The position numbers were made by a program, and so were the translations under genes. This document shows positions 12,453 to 24,456 of a DNA stretch of 64,000 bases, piece after piece. How positions within the stretch are numbered: the stretch's first letter is position 1; each line of letters opens with the position of its first letter. The DNA comes from Gekko japonicus. Taxonomy: Eukaryota. Under the pieces are notes generated by a model. The model did not search any database. It was not told the DNA's origin and saw only the letters and a program-made list of their open reading frames with translations. The stretch covers positions 273,292 to 337,291 of the forward strand of contig NW_015170278.1 of NCBI RefSeq assembly GCF_001447785.1, given 5' to 3'.

Positions 12453-13420
12453 ATTGGTAGATGAGGAAGTTAGGAACAAATGGGTAGAGAAAGGAAACAA
12501 GTTCTTTTTGAGGAAAAGGAGAAAGAAGAAAGGAATACTCAGGGTCACTGCTTTCCAAAGTGTGTAATACTGCCCCCTTGGGGGCGCTGGAACAATCCAG
12601 GTGCAGATCCACAAATTGCATCTTTTTGTCCACTTCTTGAAGGTAGATGTCGGGGGGGGGGCTGAGTAATTTCCCCCCCGAAAAGGGGTGGTAGGCGAAA
12701 TAAGTTTGGGAACCTCTGCTCATGGTGGTAATGACATTTATGCTAAGTATGCTGTTCCTTGGGTGTACATATTGCATCACACCATTCTGACCCTTGAAAT
12801 CTTTTTTCAAGAGCTCCTTTTTCACCTCTGTGAAACAAGCCAATACAACCTGTGTCCTGAAAAATTCCTATCTTACTACATCAAATCCTACATATTTGGC
12901 TACATACTTCTTGCACAGTGATGACACATAACTTTCCCATAAATCTGGCACATTAGTATTATATTTTGACAGTATCAGTAGTACATGTATTGGAATCTTA
13001 TTTGATTTGTATGGTGTTGTAGGGCTGTAGTTAGTTTGTGACTAGGGCATGACTGAAGAAGATGCTGAAGATCTGCAAATGGAAGTCATTGTCAGGGTGA
13101 CTGAGGGGTGTGTTGGATCAGGCCTGCGGTGTTGAAACTCCTTCCATTTCCTTTTCCAGATACAAATGCATCCTCTAAACCAGGGGTGTCAAACTCATTC
13201 GTTATGAGGGCCAGATCTGATATAAATGAGGCCTTGTTGGGCTGGCCCGTGTGTGTCATAAAATGTAATGCCAGGTACCAGAGATATAAACTTTATACAG
13301 GACACAAACACAAAAGATTTTTTTTACTTAAAATAAAAACATGCTTAAAACATTAGCATTCTTGCAATATTTTGCTTATTTCACAGTGTCTCATAATTGA
13401 CACCTCTTGCTCTGAATTAA

Positions 13421-14444
13421 TGTGTAACGAAATAGTAGTTACCTATGTTCGTAAGATGGCTGCCGTGTGTGGTTGGTAGTTTAAAAATGTTCCCTCATAA
13501 GGTTTAATTGAGCTATAGTTCGGGGGGGGGGGGTTGCAGGGGTCTCACTCACTGGGTTGAATGGAATTCCTCATCTGCTGGGCTACAGTTCCCAGCTGCC
13601 CCAAGGCCAAAAAGTATAGGAAATGAGGGACCATGCCAAGGGGCGGGGCAGCATCAATTTATACTCTGGCCCATCCAGAGAGGAGGCAGTCTTTGTCCCC
13701 CCAGGGGTTAGGAAAGGCTCCTGCTTCCTGTGCTGACCAGGGTGTCCAGACCATAAGCAAGAGATGTGGGGAACCTGGAGAGGCAGCAGAAATTCAGCCA
13801 TTCAACAGACAGCTGGATTGGGGAATGAATGGAGGTTTTCTTGCTCTCTTGGGCAAGAGAGAGAGAGGCTGAAGCAGAACTGGAGAACTGAAGGAGAGAT
13901 CCTCTCCTGAGCCCACAACCTCCAGAGGTAGAGAGTGTAGAGAGTATTGTGTATAGGGAGAGAGGATTGTGTTTAACCTCTGTTGATTTATGCCCTGTTG
14001 GTTCATAGTGTGTGCCTACCCCAACAGTGTGCCTTATTCAATTAGTGTGTGTGTGCTCCATAATTGTGTAAATAGTTAAATAAATCCTTCTGTTTGGGCT
14101 AATAATCTTGTGTCGTGCTCTGACCACATAGTCTCCCCCACTCTGCACAACCAAAAGGGGGGTGGGGTGGGGAGCCCAGGGAGCAAGGGAAGGCCAGACC
14201 CTTGGGTTGCAAATGTCCAGGGCCCCCCCCCCCCAAAGATTGGGGATTCCATCTTCAAATAGGGAGAATCGGCCAGAGGGGTCTCACTGTCCCTCTAAAA
14301 AGGCAGTGACAATTCAGTGAGTGGTGGCAGTGAATTTAAGGATTGATATACGCCCACGAGAAGAGGGTGGGAGGTGAACAGCTGAGTTGTGAATTGCAGT
14401 GAACTGCCAAATGCCCGGGGCTGAAAACTGGAGCCCGTTTCACA
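13421..14444 (+). mobile_element. solo LTR (ERV/Gypsy-like)
   Basis: Termini TGTGTAACG...CGTTTCACA are inverted, there is an AATAAA at about 14079, and it interrupts hAT sequence that is contiguous in the 41.9 kb copy. The TSD is not clear. Confidence 0.7.
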
Positions 14445-14686
14445 ACATGCTGCATCAAAATTTCTGTGCTGTTGCAATCTTGAGTATGCTGTTCAAGTGT
14501 GTATCTGTAAGCTGCAAACCTACTTTTGATTTATTGACATTCACTACAGAAATCTGATGCTCAGAGTTCTGAGCCTAGGACTCAAGGGAAAACATGAAAT
14601 GGCTGGGCATTGAGAGCTTTTGTGCATAAATTGCTTCGTGTGCTGGTCAAGAACATGAGAAGGCACCATGACACAGACTGAGGGCT

Positions 14687-17590
14687 ATTTATTTATTTTA
14701 TTTATTTATTAATTTAATTTATATCCTTCTTTCCCCACAAGCGGGCTCAGGGTGGCTTACATATTTGGTCTGTAAATGAGAATTCATTCACATAAAAACA
14801 GTTTAAAATTCAATTACAATAAAACAAGAGTCTCATGAAGTCCTAGTGCTGAAACATTCAGTACATAAGATGGCATGCTGAAAATACCATATCAACAGAC
14901 AGTTTGCCACTCAATGGTATTCCTGAGCGCGGTGGTAGAGTTCAGATGTTGAAACTATGGGCCGGCTCATTGGTAGCTGCAATCGTAGCTGCAAAGTACT
15001 CTCTCTTCATGGCTTTGACTGCCATCTCATAGGATCTCATAAACGTCCTATAGGATGCTCTTGTAGCTTCGTCACGAGCGCAGCGCCACCGTCTCTATAG
15101 CTGTCTTAGCTCTCACTTCATGAGCCGCAACTCCTGGGTAAACCAGGGAGCAAGCCTAGAGCGAAAGCACAGAGGGCAACGGGGAGCAATCTTGTAAATG
15201 GCTGTGGAGAGTCAGTTGTGCCAGTCCTTCACAAGCTCATCCAACAAGCCACCAGGGAGCATTAGATCCTGTAGAGCCATCAGAAGTTGCATTGGGTCCA
15301 TCTGGCTCCATGGGCGAGCTAAAATATTTGCTTGCTGCCTAAACAGGGTCAGGGCAGCACATTCAGACGGCCCCCGGGACATGGTGGTCTGACCATGGGA
15401 CTGCCGAAGCAGTGACCCAGTCCACTGTTACCCCTGCCGTGAAGATCAAATCGAGCGTGTGCCCGGCTCAGTGAGTTGGGTTCCTTACATATTGAGAGAG
15501 TCCCAGTGCCGCCATGGACGACACCAGGTCTGCTGCCTGAGTGGAGGCTGCGTCATCAGCATGGACATTGAAATCACTCAGGACTATCAATCTAGGGTGT
15601 TCCAGTGCCCAGCCTGATACGACCTCCATCAGGGACAGCAGGCTATTGGCCAGAGCATTAGGCGGTCGGTACACCAGCTAAATCACCAAACTCTCCCCGG
15701 CCTCCCATGCCAGGCCGGCGCACTCAATGCCGGTGATCTTTGATGGTGGGAGCACCCTGAAGGAGTAAGCCTCCCGAATGAACAGAGCCACTCCTCCCCC
15801 CCCGGCCTTTAGTCCATGATTGGTGAAGGACCGAGAACCCAGGAGGAGCCAACTGGGAGAGAGCCACTGTCTCCCCATCTCGCACCCAGGTCTCAGTCAT
15901 GCACACCAGGTCCATGTCCTGCTCCAGCAGTAAGTCACAAAGGACCATGGTCTTATTATTTATGGACCTGGCATTACACAAAACTAGTGACGGAGAGGTG
16001 TTGTTAATCCGAGCCCCACTGCCAACTACCTTTGGGATGGGACATAGGCTGGAAGGGGACCAAGCCTTTCTGTTTCTTAGTCGCTTTCCCTTATATTTAT
16101 GCCTAGTCCCACCGCTATACTTTCCCCTCCTCAGGAGCACTGGTATCCCTTGGCCAGCCATCACCACTAATAGTCTTTGCTAAGGCACAGACCACTAGTA
16201 GCCTGGTAGGTGGGAATGTAGGGGTTCTATAGCAGTTCTCTCTGCTGTAGTAGTTGTCCTAGATAAACTCAAACAAGCCTAATTTATCCTTACATTAATT
16301 AATTCTAATAGTCTAACAATTTGGTACAAAAATCACTCTCATGCACTGATCAGTAAAAAAGTAAAGGCCAGTGATGACATCCCAGTTTGCCCTATAGCTC
16401 TAACTATAAGTTCAACTTCCCAATTTGTTAGATATCAATTACACACAAAAACAACCCGTAGGATAATTAGTCCCTCGGATTCAGTTGATTAATCCCATAC
16501 AATTCATTCCTTTGCTTTAATCTGGTAGGATTTTAAATCTCTATCATCCCTTCAATTAATTTCTCCCACATTTAGCCCTTAATCAATTGCAATAATTACC
16601 CTAATATAGTTGCCTCCAACTAACATCAACGTCAAATTAATTTTGGTCTAACTTTCTAGGCATCCTAACTCCAATATCTTGGTAGCCGCTTGTCACCTTC
16701 TCTACTCTACATGTGCACTCCAGTGCAGAGTCTCTGGTTGCTTTCCTGCGCTGTGGTGAGAGAGTTCCTGAAGTCCTGAAAGTCTTCCTCGGTTGTGGTC
16801 TCCCCTGTCGCTTCTCCAAAACGCCCAGTGGCCCCTGGTCCTGGTTCCTGCCCGCCAAGGCCCTGGTAGATCTTGCTGCCAGCTGGTTGGTAACCTTTGC
16901 ATCCAACTAAGTTGTGTGTGGCTGGGCTAATCCCCAGGAAGAGGGGGAACCTCTCATGAGCCCCCCAGCCTACCATCCTGCTCCGCCAGCCGGGAAGCAT
17001 GCACCACCACGCCCGCGACAATGACTCACAGTAGGCAGGCAAGCAGCAAGAGTGGTCAAAAATGGAGAACAAGGGCAGGCATGGCTGCATCAGCAAGCGG
17101 CCACAGCGTCCCAGGATGGGCACAGCATGGCGGCTGTGGCTGCTACCGTGGCTAGCGAGTGAACTGAAGAGAAACCAGTGGCTGCCACCCAGCCACCGCT
17201 GCCATGCTCACCTAGCAAGTCTGAACAGCCACCCCGCTGGGGCTGGAAGGATGTCACCTCGCTGGGACAGGGAAGGCTGCTGCTGCTGCGAGCAAGCGAG
17301 CGAACCGAGGCAAAGCCAGCGGCTGTTGCTCACTCAGCTGCCGCCGGCACGCTCACCTGGCAAGTCTGAGGAGCCGCCCCACAGAGTGCTCAAAGCTGGG
17401 CCGGTTCCAGTCGCCACAAGATGCCAGGGGACCCTGCGCTGTGCACCTGCCGGGACAAGGAAGGTGTCAGTCTGTAAGTTTTCAGTCTCTGAGCTCGCTT
17501 TCCTGTAGTGCAGGTGGAGGTTAGCAGCTAGCGGCTAGCGAAGAACTGCTCGATTTTGCTGTTTTGGGGCAGAGCCTCTAGCACTAGGCT
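14687..17590 (-). mobile_element. L2-clade LINE with 5' region and endonuclease but lacking RT
   Basis: APE endonuclease motifs (LCNARSINNK, CMTETW, GGGVALF, YRPP, SDFNVH, PTH) lie across frameshifted ORFs 15468-16167. The linker (APWFTQELR) is joined near 14965 directly to the L2 3' UTR and (AAAT)n tail. Confidence 0.85.
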
Positions 17591-18652
17591 CCACTATGTG
17601 TTTGTCTACAAAAGTATAGTCCTCCTCAGTGGTCAGTATCAGCCTACTATCTGAGAAGTCTAAGTTCAAAATTTCCAAACAAAATGTGCTGGGTGAACTT
17701 GGTCTAAACACACACTCTCAGCCTAATACACCTCACTGGCTTGTGGTTATTCCTCATCTAAATAGTTCACATTGCTTTCCTACTGGGGATCATGAGGGTG
17801 TGAATACAGTGAAAAGGGGGAGGGAACCCAGTTGCACCCAGGAGAGCTGCAGCATAACAAGCCCAACAAAACACACACAGTGTAGCAAGACACTCAAAAT
17901 CTCATCCCTTGGATAAAACTTTGTTGATCTTAAAGGTGCTTTGTATTTCTCCTGGGCGATTGAGGCAGCAAATCAGAGCAAGCTCTCCCTCCCTCCTTTC
18001 CTTCCTCCCTTTGGGGAGGAACCTCAGCCAGTGGAGGGGAGGAAAAGTGTTCCTTTGTCTCCTGTGCGATTGAGGCAGTCTGGCCAGGAAACAAACTCTG
18101 GCTCATTCTCTCTCCCCCTGGGAGGGGAGGGGGGCGTCAGTCCTTGCAGGGAACAGAAGTTTGTATATCTATCTCTCCTGAGCGATTGAGAGAATCTGGC
18201 AAAGCAAGCTAGATGCAGAAGCAGCAGAACTGGAAGAAGAAGCAGGAGACAGCCAGTTCTACTGCAGGCCTGGTAGGAGCCCTCCGGGGGCCTGATCTGG
18301 CCCGCGGGCCACATGTTTGACACTCCGCTATAAACTCTCATTAGCATGAACAGAAAGAAAAAGACAGGCAATATGCCTTCATATGGTGAAGTTAATCATG
18401 TATGACTGCTATTGTGTATGGTCTCTGTATTTTCTTTAATTACTTTTGAATTTGACATAATTTAATCTTGCTCTGTAGTTCTTGCATTGCGTGCTCCTTT
18501 AACCCTTCTGTTTATAAAATTTTTCTTCACCACCTCATATATAAATGTTTGCCTTGTGAGAAACACTGCAAGCCTTTGACAAACACTGCATGCTTTTGAC
18601 AAGTGGGCTCGAGACCACAACGGCGCATGTTAAAATAAAAATGTTTTGTTCT

Positions 18653-18945
18653 GAAAGCCAGTTTGGTGTAGTGGTTAGGAGCGTGGACTGTAATCTGGGA
18701 GAACTGGGTTTGATTCCCCACTCCTCCACATGTGGCTGCTCCTGCTGGTATGACCTTGGGTCAATGACAAGTTCTTTCAGAGCTATTCTCTCACAAGCAG
18801 TTCTCGAAAGAGCTCTCTCAGCCCCACCTACCTCACAGGGTGTCTGTTGTGGGGAGGGGAGGGGAAAGGAGATTGTAAGCCACTCTGAGACTCCTTTGGG
18901 TAGTGAAGGGCGGGGTATAAATCCAATCTCTTCTTCTTCCTCTTC
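18653..18945 (+). mobile_element. Squam3-type tRNA-derived SINE, full length
   Basis: A box (TGGTGTAGTGG), B box (GGTTTGATTCC), an L2-like 3' end (GTAAGCCACTCTGAG...GGGCGGGGTATAAAT) and a (TTC)n tail. Confidence 0.9.
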
Positions 18946-20401
18946 ATTAAGGAGCAACAAGACGTCGGATTATTTTAGTGGCAACACACTAAGATCGCTG
19001 CCTCTGTAAAATTATAAGCGTGTATTTGAATTATTGAAAACTTCTGAAAATATGACATTTCATGGTTGTACCTCATTTGTTTATGAGATGGCTATATTAT
19101 TAATCTTAGATTTATTAGATAAAAAGTGAGCTCCAAAGTACAAAAGCTCATGTTGAAATTAATGTTATTAATTGTTAAGGTGCCACTGGACTGTCATTTT
19201 ATTTTGCTACAAAAGACTATCATGCCTATCACTTTATAATTATAAAGACCTAAATCTAGGTTTAGGAAGACCTAGATTTTGCCTGAAATAATAACAAAAG
19301 TTTTTAGGATGTAGGACCATAGAAAGTAAAACAGGATAACATGTGTAGCTTGGTTACACCAATAGCAATGGTAATTCTTTAATCATTGTTTTTTGGGTAT
19401 ATTTGTGTTTGAGAATTGAAGACAATATTAAGAATCAGTTTTGTGCTGCAGCTGTTTTAAAGAAACTTTACTATATTTCTACATATAGTTATTAAATATT
19501 ACAAAGCAAGTTACTGCAAGCTAATATGAAATAGTAATTTGCTTCCATTGATTTAAAACCATCTACACTTAATACAACAGCTGTTCTATATTTATTGAGC
19601 ACCTGTTGCTTTCAGATGTCATAAAACATGGATGTCTGTCCTCTGAAATTGGAATTTGTGGCATGCCTAGATAGTAGCTGGAATACAAGATATGTCATAC
19701 AACCTGTCCCAGTGATCATCTGTGAATGAGATGAGTTTGCTGGTGTCAACTTCCTTGTTTATGAAAACACTTTTCCCTCAAAGCTTTTCTCTATCTCACT
19801 GAAGTGGGAAGTATTTCAGAAGAACCACTGAGGCTTCATTTTGGGGTCTTAATTGCGCACCTATTCAGAAGCTGCTACCCGTATCAGAGGAGGATATTGG
19901 AACCTCACAACATTTTGTAATTGCCCTCCCCATGGCAGCTATGTTTGGTAGTACCTGTCAAGATACATCACAGTAGGGAGGGGCTTTAATGTGCATGTGT
20001 GCGTCTAGGACAGCACTTCCCTACTTCTTTCTCCTGGCCCAAATCATCTTTGGATTGTCACCACCCAAACTGAGCTTTGACCTGTCTTGTTTACCAGTGG
20101 TTTGAGGCACTGGTAAAAGGCTCTCTATGCATGTTTAGAGTACAGAGACCCTCAACTCCCATTTTATGGCCCTTCTCCCTGAGAAAGATCATTATTCCCA
20201 GAGCTTTGGAACCCCTGGATGTAAGGATCAAAACATCTTGCATCTCCTGGACATGACTGAGCAGACTAACTTCCTCAAAATTCCTGATGTGCCCTCAGGA
20301 TCAACTAGGATGAGGACTGCTGATCTACCCTGTGCTCCTGCTTCCCTTTCCTGTGCTGCACTTGTTTGCTTGTTTTGTGCTCAATAGATTAGAGACAAAA
20401 C

Positions 20402-20603
20402 ATAGGCTTGCCAACCTCATATGGGGCCTGACATTCCATCTGACTTCCACACTACCAAAACCAGTTCCTTTGGCAGAAATGGCTACTTCAAAGGACAGAC
20501 AACACTGCAGAGCATTCTTCCTTCCCTAAATTCCACCCTTTCCAGGCATTACCTCGCCACACAATCTCCAGGAAATTGCCTAAACCAGAACTGACAACTC
20601 TAA
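20402..20603 (-). mobile_element. degenerate TAGGGTTGCCA-TIR MITE
   Basis: Termini taggcttgccaacc...ctgacaactcta and the family core on the minus strand. Confidence 0.55.
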
Positions 20604-20944
20604 CATGACTATATCAATTCACAAGGTGCTGAATATGTGCTGCAGCAGCAAACAACAGGTGTTACTGCCTTGTGCTTTGGGACATGACTTGCCACATACC
20701 TGCCAAAACAACTGATCACCATTTTTGAAAGGGTTGACTATTTAATATTGTGAAAGTTTGAGAACATTTAACATGTTGCTTTTCACATAGACGTTAGGCA
20801 TGAATTCACACAAACTGAAAAAATGTAACTATTTCAAAAACGATCCCCATAAAATTATAGAAAGCAATAATTAGTATATCCTAAGCATAGAAGACTAGTT
20901 GTCATAAAATGCAATTAAAACTAAACAACTTCCCTCTCCCCCAG

Positions 20945-20995
20945 GTCCGCACCAGCCTCCTAGCAGAACACAAAGAACCAAGGACAGATATTGGG
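20945..20995 (+). CDS. INPP4B: INPP4B coding exon (VRTSLLAEHKEPRTDIG), 51 nt, phase 0-0
   Basis: cccccag acceptor and gtaag donor. It matches the recalled human INPP4B peptide VRTSVLPEHKDPPPEVG. Confidence 0.9.
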
Positions 20996-22387
20996 GTAAG
21001 ACAATCAAACTGATGGACTAAATAGAATATTTTTGAAGAAATATGACTGTGAAAGGTCTAGCTAATATTTGAAGATAACACAATTGTTAGCATTTTTAAA
21101 ACTTCCTTGTAAATAGAAATTATGCAAACTGCCTCTCTATCCAATAAACTAAATAGTCCACCACACTAGCTCTTGGTAATAGAGCAAGCTCAGTGCCTTG
21201 TAAAGAGGCTATAATAGCAAAGCCCTCCTTGATCCATTGTTTTATAAACCTGTATCAATAAAGAGAAGCTGTCAAATCACGTACAGACCTTGATTTCATA
21301 AACATGAGTGTCCAAGTGTCAGTCCTTGTAAATGCAGTTCTCAATGTAATTATCTTATTTTCCTGTGGCCTTAAAGTAACTTGACTGAAGTGGTTGTCAA
21401 ATATAAAATGACCTTCCTTTGCCAAAATGTTTACTTCCTTATTGTAATAGCCAATTCATACTTTCTGAAGCAGAAACTGGGTATGTCTGTACATTCTACA
21501 GTGCAATCGTATGTAGAATTATTTCATTCTAATCCCCCTGGCTTCAGTAAGGCTAGATCAGAGTAACACTGCATAGGATTGCTCTGTTAAGCATATAAGA
21601 AACCATAGTTATAGAATCTTTTGGGCATATTGATTTAAAAAGTCTAGTTTTAAAGGAAACAAAACCAGTTCATCTCACTGTGAGTCTTTTATTTGTTTAT
21701 TGAGTTTATAACCTACCCTTGCTGCAAGCATTACACAGTCCCCTCCTACAATTTTATTTTCACAACAATCTTGTGAACTAGGTTAATCTGTGAAAGAATA
21801 ACTGGGCCAGGGTCACCCAGTGAACATAATCATCTGAACCCAGGGTTCCTGGTTTAGTGTGATATTCTAACCATTACATCCTAAATTTGGTTCAGCTTTG
21901 TAGAAGCTGATTTGGCCAGTGGTCAGAAGGTAAAACTTCTCTTGAATGGAAAGTGTTTACCCTTACATGAGGAATTTGCGTCCATCATGAATATAGGAGT
22001 GTGATAGTTTAGTAACTAGCTAATATTGTAGGGCTAGTTTATGGTAACATGTTGCACATACCGTTATACCTTTTGATGTTTGGGCGTTTGAAACCATAAG
22101 AATATCCTCTCTATGACGAGTGTGATTTCAAACCCCACTAGGGTTGCCAGGTGCCTTCCTCCTGCCGGCAAGGAAATTTTGGGACTGTTCCAGGAGCCAT
22201 TGCCTTTTTCTGATTTAAAATAAGATCATCACTAGATCAAGGACTTTATAACCAAACCCACAAAAAATTATTGGTGACTTTTCCAGGTGGGAAAAACAAG
22301 ATATCTTTGGTCTTGTACTTTAAACAATTTACCTGGTGCAAATGGCTGCCATTGATATAGAGGCATAGAAGAATATAGGTCAACAAA

Positions 22388-22594
22388 AGGCCTGTAGCTA
22401 CAGTGGGGCATCTCGGGGTCGGGCCCCCCAACTTACCACCCAGGCCTCCCGACTTCCCATCCAACCGGTTTATTTTATTTTTTGTGTGCCACAGCTGCAC
22501 CAAGCTGAGCCGTCACCCTGCCCTGCTTGCTAGCAGTGTACCTCTGGCTGGCTGAAGGAGAGGCATGCCACAGGGCACGTCTGATCCCTACTCC

Positions 22595-22645
<51 letters not shown>

Positions 22646-22743
22646 CGCTTAAAAGAAACTTTTACTCTCTTGTCGTTCCTGGCACAGTGCCCCCCAACTT
22701 ATTTAAATGCCCCATGAAGTCAAAAATCCTGGCTACGGTCTTG
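22388..22743 (+). mobile_element. hAT-like MITE (CAGGCCCGTAGC family) containing a (CT)n microsatellite
   Basis: Termini aggcctgtagcta...ctggctacggtcttg resemble those of 55041-56106. Confidence 0.65.
22597..22642. repeat. (CT)n microsatellite
   Basis: Seen directly as a pure CT run. Confidence 0.95.
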
Positions 22744-23188
22744 TCCTTATATATATATTCTCACCAAGAAGGGCTATACATCTTTATTTTAGTATATTTC
22801 TTTCTTAGAATAGTATATTGGAATAATGATTGTAATGTAATGCAATAAAATTGGAATGTATTTCCCTGGCAGAGGAGACATAACACTGCACAGCCATTCA
22901 CTCCACCTCCTGTTACCTCCATGCTTGAGAGGAGACAACTGTAGTGTAACAACCAGGTCTCAGTTATTTGATCTTAATATTCCACAATTAAGAAGCATAC
23001 ATTTACATATCAGTCTCCAAGACTGACATATTTATTTGATTCTCTGTGTTTTCCCATGGAATTGATTCCAAACAAATGATGACCATATGAACTTAATTTG
23101 TTATCTTTGTTTGGTTTTTGCATCTGTTAAAACATCTTCATTATGTTAAATGGTAACCATATAAACTAAGCTTGCTATTCCTAATTCT

Positions 23189-23873
23189 GGGTATGGTCAC
23201 ATGGCAAGCTTACCATGATTTGTTCCCGCTGTAGATTTGACCGGGAATATTTTTTTCGGGTTGGGATGACCACACATCCCTCCCTGAACTGCTTGCATCA
23301 TGCAATGAGGCTTCGGGCACCATTCAGATAGCCACACCGCTGCTTGGGCAGCATGGCTTGTTTTTTTTTTTGTTTTTTTTAAAAAATTGGCTTTGCACAT
23401 GTACATATACACATGGGCGAATCACCACTCCCACCAGGACTTGCGGTACTCCCTTGTTCTTGCAGGTTCCCCCTCCCAACAAGAAACAAAATTAACCGGC
23501 GATGTACAACTGAGCACTGGAGTCTATATGTGCGTTTGAACACTTATATATTGAATTTATTCAGTGCAGGATTGCTCATGCGCACAACAATGGAAGCTTG
23601 TAAAAAAAACACATCGTGAAAAGGACATTCAGATGACCTAATTGCGATCATTACAAGAGATGACTGTCCAAATCAGCAAAATCGCAGATTCAAAGCGCAT
23701 ATATCTGGAAAGTACTTGATTTTCTGGGTGTAGGAAAACTTGCTAGGGAACAGAAGATTGCGCGAGTGAGCCCACTTTGTTGTGGGAGACGGATGCGGCT
23801 GTCTGATCAACAATTTTAAATGCGAGAGGGAACAGCAGTGAAACCCGATCAAAATGACCGTGTGACTACGGGC
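23189..23873. mobile_element. Harbinger-like MITE
   Basis: Imperfect TIRs ggtatggtcacatgg / ccgtgtgactacgggc and a CpG-rich interior against an AT-rich background. Confidence 0.5.
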
Positions 23874-23944
23874 TCTGATAAATACCTTCATTATTTTGTA
23901 TGTTAATTTACTGCTCAACCTCTGCATATATATATGGACCGATA

Positions 23945-24042
23945 GGTTCCATTTCACTTTATCTGAGGAAATGTGTATGCACTTGAAAGCTCATACCTTG
24001 AATAAAACTTTGTTGGTCTTAAACTGGACTCAAACTTTGTTC
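23945..24042 (+). ncRNA. Penelope-like element terminus with a type I hammerhead ribozyme motif
   Basis: CTGAGGA-stem II-GAAAGCTC followed by ATACCTTGAATAAAACTTTGTTGGTCTTAAA, a terminus shared with other copies in the window. Confidence 0.65.
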
Positions 24043-24456
24043 AGTATAACAGGATGTATCCATTTGGCTTCCTTTGCACTGCCATGAAATTGATTTTTCT
24101 CATAGGGAAATAAATGCTTAAAACATGATGTACTGGGGAAAATGTAACATATTCTATTAATATCTTGCTTTAAGTGCTACATAAATATAGGTTGTGCAAG
24201 CAAATATTCTATTTGGCATATAAAGATGACATTGCCTCCAGGTTTAAGAAATTATTGTAGCAAGAACAACAATGGTAAAAATTCTACAGATTTAACATGA
24301 CATGATAGAAAAGGATGACTGAAGCTTCACACTAAACAAACAAAAAAACACCTGCAGCTGTAGATTTCCAGCATGCTATTTGTCAGGTTGTCATTCTGTT
24401 TTTTTTTTTTTTAATGAAAAAGAGGTTCCTGCACTAGCTTTACAAATTATTGATAA

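Larger units (their letters stand above)
13181..18327 (+). mobile_element. hAT non-autonomous element, host of nested insertions
   Basis: TIRs CAGGGGTGTCAAAC and GTTTGACACTCCG, with TSD CTCTAAAC/CTATAAAC (7/8). Segments 13181-13420, 14445-14520 and about 18210-18327 are colinear with the short copy at 41890-42322. Confidence 0.85.

Noticed and set aside
18653-18725. tRNA gene
   Set aside because: It is a SINE head, has no complete cloverleaf and is followed by a SINE body.
19628-19729. Short ORF MDVCPLKLEFVACLD resembling the INPP4B N-terminal LEFILACKD
   Set aside because: The similarity is only a few residues, it is out of exon order and it has no compatible splice phase.
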